Shown here in pieces: positions 14,025 through 26,000 of a DNA stretch of 64,000 bases; the stretch's first letter is position 1; the number at the start of each line of letters is the position of its first letter. The stretch comes from Oopsacas minuta. Lineage: Eukaryota > Animalia > Porifera. Under the pieces are notes generated by a model. That model was given only the letters and a program-made list of their open reading frames with translations, was not told the origin of the DNA and ran no database searches. A program made the position numbers and the translations under genes. The stretch spans positions 310,001 to 374,000 of the forward strand of contig JAKMXF010000222.1 in assembly GCA_024704765.1 (NCBI GenBank), written 5' to 3'.

Positions 14025-17000
14025 TCAATTGACATTCTCAATCAGTACAGCAATGCCTTGTCCACCTCCAATACATGCACTCCCGATAGCAAACTTCTTC
14101 TGTCTCCTAATCAGCTGATGCACCAGATGTGTTATAATCCTACTACCAGAAGCAGCTAGAGGGTGTCCTAGTGCTATAGCGCCTCCACACATGTTGGTTT
14201 TTTCATTAGGGAGACCAAGCTCTCGAGCTACTGCTAGGTATTGAGCTGCGAACGCTTCATTTACCTACAAAACCATTAGCATATATCAATAGTTATACAG
14301 TGTAAGGAGGCAGAAATGGTGTCTCGTAGCATTGTCTAGAGCAAGGTTTCTCAAACTTTCATGGACTATGGCCACACTTTTTAAAATTTTTATACCATGA
14401 CCACACCTAGGTCGACATACTTGTTCAACTTGGGTCATGTTTGGTCATATGACCAGAGGTTGAGAAACCTTGATCTAGAGGCCTATCTGGAATTTACTCG
14501 GTGATTTGAGTCATATAGCCTTTACCTAGTGCCCTTTATGATAAAAATGTTGGTATTTTGCAAGTTTGATTGACTACTGATAATATTCGGTTGCAACTTT
14601 GGTATTTTACCATCTAGCATTCATGATACGAACATGTATTTTCTCATAATTTCAAGCAAACCACAACTCGAACTATAGTTCCGAGGTCATAAAATTTACG
14701 CGCCTGAACCTAGTGATAATTTCATAATCGTATACAAGTAACAATTAATATAGAATATTTTGTAATAAAACTGAGCTCATGGTACCCATAAGAAACCCTT
14801 AACTTCAAAATAAATTTATGATCATATTAAAATACTACATGCATAAATCCTATCACTCATACACCATATAGTATTGTGCATATATGCAAATGTTTCAAAA
14901 CATCATAGATGGCAACACGAGGTGAGTGAGGCACAGGTGTATATTAATGCCCTAGACAAAATTGTACAATATACATCATAATTAAAATGCTAAGTTCTTA
15001 AAAGTTGATATAGAAGCATAAATCAAGTAGGTTGATCACAAAAGCCTGAGAGCATAATCTAGCGATCATATAAAAAGGGATATACAGTCATGGTAGATAT
15101 TACTCGTAGTTTTATTATCTCTGGATATTACAGATGCAGCAGAGACAGTAAACTCGTTATAACAAAGTGCTTGGGACCTCGGAATCATTTCGTATAAGCA
15201 AGCAAAATCAATTACTTTCACGATGTAGGGGGTAAAGAATCACTTCGTTATAACGGGGGTCTCGTTATATCCAACTTGTTAAGACTGTATTTGCTGAACT
15301 TTTCCCTTTAACCAGATTCCATTGCATAAAATTTTCTATATATTTGAAATGCCTGTATCTAGATGGAAGAGGAAATAGCACAATTTTTAAATAAATTAGA
15401 TTTAGAAGATTATCTCAAAGACTTCACAAGTGACCAATGTCTTCATCCAGTCAAGAATATACAAGATTTTAAAGTTTATCTTGGCAAAGAAGAAGCATTA
15501 GAAGCATTAGGTCTTACTGATGTAGAGGTTAAGAGATTTATACGAATGTGTAAAGGTACAATACACGTGAGTTAGTTGGTTATAATATGGTTTTGATTAG
15601 TTAAGCATGAATAAGCACGAGTCGTACGTAGTTCACGCACAAGAAATTCAGGGTTCTATCTACTGGGGTGGTGGGGGGTGGGAGCTTCTCCCCACAAAGT
15701 TTCTAATAATGCAATATTTTCACAATTTATTACTCCACAGCCACAGGATTTATATATATTTGGAATATTGGATGATTAAATATTATTTTCTTGTTAACTC
15801 CTCATACGTAATAAGTGATCAACCTTCGTGTTATATGAATTTTCACCATACTTCCACAGTGTTCGTATAACGAGAAACTAGTGTAATTAGGTTTTAATAC
15901 AGCCAACTCCCTGTTGTTATATCGAACATGGATATACCCACTTTTCTCGAAGTCAGAAATCGTACAAAAATATTACTTCAATTGAACTCCGCTTATATCA
16001 AAGTAATAATCTCCGTCCCTTGAGCTTCGATATAACGATAGTCGATTGTCTGTCTTGTATTTCCATTTTCGAAAGTTAAACCATATTAATCAAATAGGAA
16101 ATTCGTCCAAATGATACCCATGAAGTTACAGGAGATCCAGAACAAGAGCTTGTACGGATTCGTTACAGAATTCTTTCTCCTACACACATCCAATACTGTA
16201 AGAATGATATACTACAGGTGCCAGAGAATACACCCTATTATGGCGTCATAACACAGCTATATGAACAAATCAAACCTAGTCTAGAATACGAATGTGAGAG
16301 TATTGAGCTGTACAATGAAACAGGATACCCGTTAGTAACTATACCAGCTTACTATCTATATCCTATACAATCCTGGTTATTACGTAGTGAAGATTTGGTC
16401 TTTGCTATACCCAAAGCTCTCCAGGCTCCTTCTATTATCAATAAAGGTGAAATTAAGCATATTATTTCCATACAAACTACTAATGAAGAGATTAAACTAG
16501 AAATCGAGATTAGAACAGCTGAGAAGGATAATATAGAAATCACAGGCCTGGACATCAAGCAGGCTATCTCGTTACATATACACATTCCTGTATACTGTAT
16601 ATATCTCTACTTTAGACCATCAAATCACAGATTCCCTAACCAACTTGAAGATTCAAAAACACTAACTTTAAAATCAATTAAAGAAAAGAAAACGATCGTG
16701 CTATTCGATTTATCAGAGGAATATTGGTCGCCTACGTCACTCGATACGTACTCAAGTGAACTGACCCGTCCTTGTAACATACAACCTAATGAGTATCATG
16801 TATTACATACATTCAATGCTGAGCTTATGTATTTCGCAAGGGTACTAGCTAGCAGAAGTAAAGAAGATCAATTGTTGTTTCTCGGTAGTTTAAGAAAGAT
16901 TTCATGTTCTCCACCGCTGGTGTACGCATTCCTCCTACTCTCAGAGGGGAATTATATCTCATTACCCCATAAAATCGCGATTTTAGAGGGAGTATCAACT

Positions 17001-20000
17001 GTACTCTCATTCGCGGTTGAAAACAAGAATTCAATCCTGTGTAAATTTCCTCTTTTCGCGAGATTATGCGCTTTCGTTGAAAAATCTTCAACACCAGGTG
17101 ATCGTAGCACAGAACAATATGAACATTTATATCTACCAGCCAGAACACGTAGAAGATCAACTGATGATAATATAAAACGTTTATCAATGTCATTCCCTGA
17201 TGAGCAAAAAGAAATGATAATATGGTCAAGCGTACGTAGAGTAAATCAAAAATTCAACACAAAAATAAATCTAGACAATTCTATTAATTTCCCGTATAAA
17301 CATCCAGTTGAGCTGATGTTCGACTACATGCATAACCGAATTGAAAACGGCTTAATGGTACCTTTAAACAAAGGCAAAGAGAGTGCTGTTGTATTCACGG
17401 GAGGCTCAAATGAACCCTATAAATACCTCAAATATTATTCGCCTCTTGAAGGAAAGGCGATTACATTCCATCCACACGATTTCTCAGTCGTATCGGATTC
17501 ATTAACAGAGGATCTATCACACTGTGACGTCACCAACACAGTGATAGTATTGTTAGACATATCAAATGAAATGATTAGAACAGATCTACACTCTTCGCAG
17601 GGCTTGAAAAATAAACGCACGGATAAATCTGGATGCACACAAATAGCAGCTGGCATTATACTCATAAACACGATAATAGATAGGTTAATACGCCAAGAAA
17701 CTAACTATCTACTCGGTTTATTTATCTTCTCAAATGATCGACCTGAATTAGAGTATAATCGATTCCTCGTTACTCCAACATTGAGTTATAACGATATTGT
17801 TATCGCAATGGATGCTACACTACAATTTCTAATTCGTCCTTCTATTGCTAATCAGGTTAAAACAGCTGATAATATGCTCACGGAAGGAATTGAGTACTGT
17901 AACGGGAATTATCCAAATTCTAACATAATTTGTATTACGAATCAATCAGAAGCGAATGAAACCGCGATTACGTCATCAATCAACTGTATGGTAGTTTTTG
18001 GTGGTAAAAATGGCTGTGATAAATTAAAGAAAAAACAAGTTGGTATGCTAATAAATGAAAAGAAAATAGACCTCTATATCTCTAATGAACAGGATAAAGT
18101 CATGAACTATCCATTCAGTGAGTGGAGACTTGTTGAGTACATTGATCTAATTGAAAACCATATACGTATAGCGAATAATTTCGAGTTTGCGTTACAAAGC
18201 CCGAATTTCAAAGAATTTAACGATTATGAAGAACAGCTCCAGATGTCTGGCGACAAATACATGTCTACATCAACGCCAGAGGATATAATAGCAGTTTTAA
18301 AGGAGATTACACTTTACATGCATAATCCTAATCCCTACGCTAAAATGTTTTCCAATGGATCTCTTAAAGATTGGTCGATAACATTCGATTTTCACGGTGT
18401 AATACCGAATATTGAATTGTTAATGCATTTACCATTACGTTACCCATTGGTACCGCCTAAGTTCCGTCTTCTCTGTAGAATACATCATTGTAATGTAGAT
18501 AAGCATGGATATGTGTGTCATCCTATTTTGTTTGAAGGATATCAACATGGTATAACATTACGTAAGATAATTGATGCTATCTACAACATGCTGATTACAC
18601 CAATACCTTCTCATGCAGTGCAAACGAAAGAAGTTCTATTATACTACTCTCACAGCCAAGGTGAAGTGAATGAATCAATATTCAGTTCTTCATTCGTATC
18701 AAACAAGCTAAAAGTACATAGAAGTCAATCTGCTAAGACAACCAGAGACACCAAATTGAAATGTCCTGAATACCTCACATGCTCGCTAACCAGTCGTGTA
18801 TTCGAGAACCCAGTGATAACACCTGATGGACATACATATGATCGTGATGCAATAATCCTCTACATCAATCTAAATCATAAAGATCCAATATCAGGCAATC
18901 CATTGACTGAGGAAGACTTAACTGCGAATAAGAGTATTGCGGATGGAGTTGCTAAATATAAACGCGGTGCAAGTATTGAAAAATATTGGTGGGAACAGAA
19001 ACTTTGATTTTATTATAATTAAAGAGCTTTCAACATTATATATCTTTTTGTAAATACTAACAAGATATTTATTTATTTATTTGTATCATATTTTGTATTT
19101 GGTTATTTTTTAGTTTATACAAAGATTCTGTTGAGACTGTATTTACAATTTTTCTTACAAATTGAACTTGAACATTGTGTCCTCGCTTGATTTCGTTCCA
19201 CCATAATTGCAACTAAAATCGCCAAAATTGTCCATGGGTAAATCTATGCACTTATTGGTGATAATTAAATCAATTATTCAGGAAAATATTCATTCTTGCT
19301 ATAAAATATACTAATACAGTAGAACCTCGTTAATGCGTACACCAAGGGACCGTAGAAATTTGCACTCCTTATTCGGAGTACGTATTAACCGGAGTATATC
19401 TATTGAATAACCATTGTACGGATTAAAATTGTGTAAAATTGTGTTCGTCTTATCCGGATATTCGTATTAAATGTGTTCATATTAACGAGGTTCCACTGTC
19501 GTATGTATGCCGGATATAGATATAATAAATTTCTCAAGATCGTCCGCTTTACCTACTATATGATATAATTCATTTCAAAGTGCTTAAGAAATGATGCAAG
19601 AAGTTAAGGAAAAAGAGTTGGAAATATTATTAGAATTTCTAACAGAAAACTATGTTGAAGAGCATATGACCGCTATGGTGAAAGCAGGTGTAAAGAAACT
19701 ATCACATCTGGAAGATGTTAATGCAAAATTCTTAGAAAACTTGGGAATGGGAGAGATAGCAATTAAGCGTTTTCTCAAGAATATAGAAGAAGTTTTATCC
19801 CCAAAACCTTCCATCAGGGTAATAAATTATGATACGTATCTACTGCAAAATTTGAATTTTGTTTTATTTACGAAATATTAATTAAGAATACCCAAAAAGC
19901 AAAATAAATAACTTTCAAGTTATAGGGAGTAGAGAATCTCTTCGTTATAACGAGAGTTTACTGTAATTATTATCAGATATTTTAACGTATTTCTACACTC

Positions 20001-23000
20001 ATTTCTCTATAGATTTTACCCACATCACCTAACCCTCTTTCTATCACACCAAACTCAAGAACAATAGAATATAAACTCTACCATCATGAACTCAATCCAA
20101 TGATTATTCCATTATCAAACTTCAAAGATATTACTAATGCAACATACCGCCAGTTAGTTGAGGCTATATCAAACGAGAGCATGTTATCAGCAGACCTAAC
20201 CGTCGAGTTATATACACAAGAAGGTTATCCAATGGCTTGTAACCCTGATGCGTGTATTGCTAAGCTCAGTGAGTGGAATTTACCAGATTACGGGAATATT
20301 TTGATATATGCTATACCTAGATTAACAGTGCTACAACACGCTACAGGTTATCATAATACAAATAACATTGGGAGTGACATCATAAATATTCAACATTCGG
20401 AATCGAATTATTCTTCATCAGTTAACGTGGATTGTGAAAAACATACTCTCAAGTTCTTATTAAGGCAAATTGAACAAGAAACTGGTATCCCATACTACCT
20501 AATTTCATTCAAATACAATTCTTATATCTACAGTGAAGGCAGTCCAGATCAAATTTTAAGAGAAATTGGCATTGAACATAAGAAATCGGTTTTAAACTTA
20601 ATAATTGATACGGATTATTGGGAATCTAAATGGGACAATAATTTTAATTTCAAACTATGTAAACCAACTTGGCTATCTTCACAGTCACAATTTGGTATAA
20701 GCTACTTCTATTCAATTCTATGGACAATTTCTGTAATGTATTCTCAATCAAAGTCTCAAAGTAAGAAAAATTTACTTGGATATATCCGGTTATTAACAGC
20801 ATGTCCACCGTTAGTGCATGCGTTAACCTTGCTTTTCAATAAATTCTCATTATCTCTACCACACCGAGTCGCTATACAAGAAATTTTATTCTTGCTATTC
20901 AGTAAGCTACAACCAAAATGTACTAAAGAAGCATTAGCGAAACCTTCAATTAATTCACTTGAAATAACCGAAAATTCTCACATATTCTGGACGTATTTTA
21001 TTTCCAGGGCCGTAGAAATACATGGAGAAAGTGAAGAGTTCGAATTATACGAACTCACATGTCAAGTGTCATTAAAGAAGATGAAAGAACCAGTTTCACT
21101 GAAGCATCGTAGCGGAATAATTCAAATACTTGATAGAGGAACAGTAATGAAAATGGCATTAATAGAAAATAGCATGAATATGAAACTTTTAAATGATGTT
21201 AAACGAATTATTCGGTCATTTCCAAGCTCAGATACAACTGCATTAGTTTGGAAATGTCAATCAGACGCAGCGAAAAATTCTACTTCAATCGCGAATAATA
21301 TCACGTATGAAGAATGGTTGAGTTTAATTGAATTATCTGCGAAAGATCACCAATTTTTGATCATACAATCACCGACAAAAATCAAGGATCATATGTGGTC
21401 ATCTTTTCCTTGCATTATTCCTACCGTGGGTAAGTATGTGTGTTTGTGTTTACAACGAGCCAAAGGTAGAGATAGGAAAACACCAATTCATGACGTCATC
21501 GAAGGAGATGGATCGTTAATTGATATTGATGAACATGATATGAGAATTAAAGAGGTTGGGCTTGAATGGTGCGGGACAGGAAATGCGAATTTGAGTGCGA
21601 TAACTCGTGACAACATCCGAGCTGTAACAAGAACACCTCGTGAGATTATATTAGTGCTACTAGACGTTAGTCTATCAATGGAAGAACCATCTTACCATTT
21701 CACTGATTGTTCTGAGATTAGAAAAATTGAAATGGTGCATCGAGCATTTTTAATGTTTGCAGATCGAACTAAAGCGTATAATTTCCATCATTTAATTGGG
21801 CTAGTTCCATTCGCTGCTACTCCTACGCTAGCATTTCCTCTTTCAGAATCGTTTGATGCGTTTTCGAGGAAATTAGAAAATATCCCACTTAAAGCATGTA
21901 CTGCACTATATGATGCGATATCTTTCGCGAATGAGGCGTTTAACCAATTCGCAGTGGAACATCCCCAGTATATTCAAGGTGTAAAAAAACGAATTCTATG
22001 CCTAACAGATGGTATCGACCATCACTCGCATATAACAAACGAACAAGCTCTCCAACTATTAATTGACAATGATATAATAATGGATTTGATATTATTATGT
22101 GAGGGAGAAGATTTTCTATGTGGAGAGGGAGCACATCATCTAGCTAAGCTAAGCGGTGGTTATTCATTCTATCCAACGAACGAAACTGATTTCAATAAAC
22201 TTCTTGAATTAGAAACATTAATCAGTCTACAATGTAGAAAAGAAATCATTCCATTTTTCAAAAAAGGTGAGACTGTCGATATAAAATGCACGGAGTTTCC
22301 ATCTTGTGATTATGAACCTCAGTACGCGATTCCAGAAGCAGCTGAACTTAAAGTTGAAATGAGTGAAAAATGTTTAAGTAGAATTATTCAAGAGAGAAAA
22401 CTTTTAACTGAACAAGTTTGGAGGGGTAAAAAGATACATATACTACAACAACTGGCTTATTTCCATCAAAATAAAGATATAAACATTCCTCTTAACGTAT
22501 TTCCCTGTGTAGAGGATATTACATTTTGGCAGGTATTATTCGAAGGACCTGATAATTCGCCTTATAAGGGCGGTGTATTTCGGCTATATGTAGATTTCGA
22601 AGGCGAATATCCTATTAAACCTCCTAAAGTGCGGTTTTTAACACCAATTTATCATTGTAATATAAACAGTGTAGGGAGAGTGTGTCATGCAATTTTAGAT
22701 CAATTTTATGCATCGAATGTTAAAGTACGAGATATTTTATATTATGTCTTCCACCTATTATCTGATCCAGAACCTGACGACCCGTTGAACGCAATTCAAG
22801 CTGACGAACTCAAACATAGCCCAGATATGTATTACAAAAAAGCTACAGAACATACTCGATTATTCGCAACACAAAAAACTATGACTGAATTGAGAATCGA
22901 ATTATTAGGTGGAGAGGAAATAGTTGATAAATATAAAGCAGAAGCTACTTTAATATGTCCTTTAAGCTTAGAACTATTTCAGGATCCTGTTATCACTAAT

Positions 23001-26000
23001 ACAGAAGGATTAACTTATGAGAGGAAATATATTGAAGAATATATTGATGAAAATCATTGTGATCCTATTACGCGTTCTGTTCTAGAAAAATCCAATCTTG
23101 TAGCTAATTTAGCTATAGCTAAACAGGCTGGTAGAGTAAGAACTGAGTTCGAAGATCTGTCCAAATGAATGTATTATATGTATTAATTTCGGAATTTTAT
23201 TTTGTATAATTACTCATTTTATAATTTATAAGCTCGATTGTTGTCTATTTATTTGTTTGGATATTGAATAATTGTTGTAATGCAGTTGCAAAACTAAAAG
23301 AAATCTGCATAATCTGTATTAACCAGTGTCGGATTATGCAGGTTCACTGTATGAAATATTGTTAAAACAGGTTAATTATAAACAACTCACATCTAATATA
23401 TCGATATCCTCTAGTGTTTTTCCAGACTTTTTGAGTACTCCTCTAATAGCTGGTGCTGGGCCTATTCCCATAATGCTAGGTTCTACTCCTGCAACATCTG
23501 CACATACAACTCTAGCTAGTGGTTTTAAGTTGTGTTTCTTAACTGCTTCCTCACTGGCTACAATGACAGCACCTGCTCCATCACAAATACCCTATACAAT
23601 AGTGTGTTATCATCATTTATTTTATTTTACACAATTAAATACAAACACAGTTCATCGATATACAGTAGAATCGGTTAGTACGTGCTTTCCTCCAAAATTG
23701 TTTTTTTTCTGCTTGTACTAATCGTACAGGAAAATATTCGGATAAGTTGTACTACTTTTTGTTTCCCGATAGGCTGCGAGGGGGTAAGTTTGCGGATTCC
23801 AACCTTTCCGCTCGTGGACCCCCTGCTGTCGTCCGCGGACCTCAGGTTGGGAACCGCTGGGGCAAGTCTTATCCGAATTCTACTGTACCTCTTAATATGA
23901 TGATTAAAATTCTTAGTCCATAGTATATAAGAATGATCAGCTGATCAGTTGAAATTAATATTAGAATTGATAAGCTATATATGACCAAAACTAATGAAGC
24001 ATATAATAAATTATAATAGATTTTCTGAGAGAGAATGGCAACTGAAGCAAATCCTCGGGGAAAAGAAATATACAAGTACTCTGCACCATGGCCTGTATAT
24101 GCAATGAATTGGTCCTTTAGACCAGACCACAGATATCGTCTTGCAGTTGGTAGTTTCGTAGAAGAGTATAGTAACAAAATACAGATTGTTTCTCTCTCAA
24201 ATGAAACTGGAGAATTTGAAGTTAAATACCAGTTCGATCATCCTTACCCCTCCACCCGGATAAACTGGATACCGGATCCCACGGGACAGATGCCGGATAT
24301 TCTAGCAACATCCGGTGATTACCTACGTATATGGCGTGTCAATAGCTCTGAGGTAAAACTAGAAACTTTATTGAATAATAACAAAACTTCAGAATTCTGC
24401 GCTCCATTAACTTCGTTCGATTGGAATGAAGTAGATCCTCAACTAATCGGCACATGTAGTATTGACACTACCTGTACAATATGGTCGATAGAAACCGCAC
24501 AAGTTGTAAGTCGCACTAAGCCTACTCAACTAACTGGTACAATTAAAACACAGCTGATCGCTCATGATAAAGAAGTATACGATATTTCATTCTCGAAATC
24601 TGACAAAGGTCGCGATCTGTTCATTTCCTGCGGTGCGGATGGTTCAATACGTTTGTTCGATCTGCGAAATTTAGAGCATTCAACTATAATATACGAGGAT
24701 CAACAACACAAAGCATTGCTAAGACTGGCCTGGAACAAACAAGATACAAACTATATAAGCGCTATAGCGATAGATAGTACTGAAGTGAACCTAATTGACA
24801 TACGTGCACCAGGAACACCTGTAGGAGTACTACAGAATCACCAATCGCAACTTAATGGTATATCATGGGCACCACACTCTTCTTGTCATATATGCACAGC
24901 TGCTGATGACAAAAAGGCGTTAATCTGGGATATCCAAAATCTATCACGGCCTATTGAAGATCCTTTGCTTGCTTACCAAGCTGATGGAGAAATTAATCAA
25001 GTACATTGGTCTACACTGCATCCAGATTGGATAGCGATCTGCTACAAATCTAACCTAGAGATATTGAGGGTGTAATGGAATGCATCCTATCTCAAACCCC
25101 CAAGCTCTCAAAATTTCACCAAACATTTGATAATGCTATGCTAATTTATTGTGAGATTAGTTGTTTATTTGTGTTTTCTAACTAAATTGGGCTTTGCCTA
25201 TACATCCACCATCCATATTCTACTAAACACTTCTTTCATTAAAAAACTTAACATTAACTATTAATCTTCCTAGTTTCTTATTTTGCTGATCTGACGTTTA
25301 CTACGAATATAGATTTTTACTAAATAAAACAATGGTTTTTGAATGGATTACCTACACTCATAACACACAACCTATATTCTACCAAATAGTCCTAATTATA
25401 GGCTCATTCAAATGCGTTGTAACACTACTCAACTTCCTATACTGGCTACTAACATCACTATACATATTCTACTTATCCTCACCACCTGATTTAAAGAAGA
25501 CAGGTGAATGGGCAGTTGTAACAGGTTGTACTGACGGTATTGGGAAGGGATACACGGAGAAATTAGCTAGCTATGGACTGAATATAGTTTTGATGAGTAG
25601 ATCACAAGAAAAACTCGAAAAAACAATCAGCATATCTTATAGAAAAATATCAAATTAAAACTATTATCATTAAGATAGATTTCGGTACAGCAAGCAAAGA
25701 ACTCAACCAATCAATCGAACTGATACTTACTCAACTAGATATTGGCGTGCTTGTAAACAACGTAGGAATGGTAGTGGAATATCCTATATTCTTCTGTGAT
25801 AAAGACAATACGTTAACAGATATAGAAACAATGCTTAATGTATGTTGTAGATCTTTCATAAAAATTACTCACATGGTTTTACCTAGCATGCTAGAACGAA
25901 ATAGAGGAGTTATCATAAATATTGCATCTGGTGCTGGACTACAACCTATTCCACTTCTAAGTATATACTCAGCATGCAAAGCATTAATGAAGACAGCTTC

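Noticed and set aside
23326-23721. 131-aa plus-strand ORF
   Set aside because: It is the reverse complement of thiolase exon 6 plus intron sequence.
25597-25630. Tiny GT-AG intron as a fix for the reductase frameshift
   Set aside because: Only ~34 nt, shorter than any supported intron here (>=53 nt), and it would delete the conserved SRSQEKL segment.
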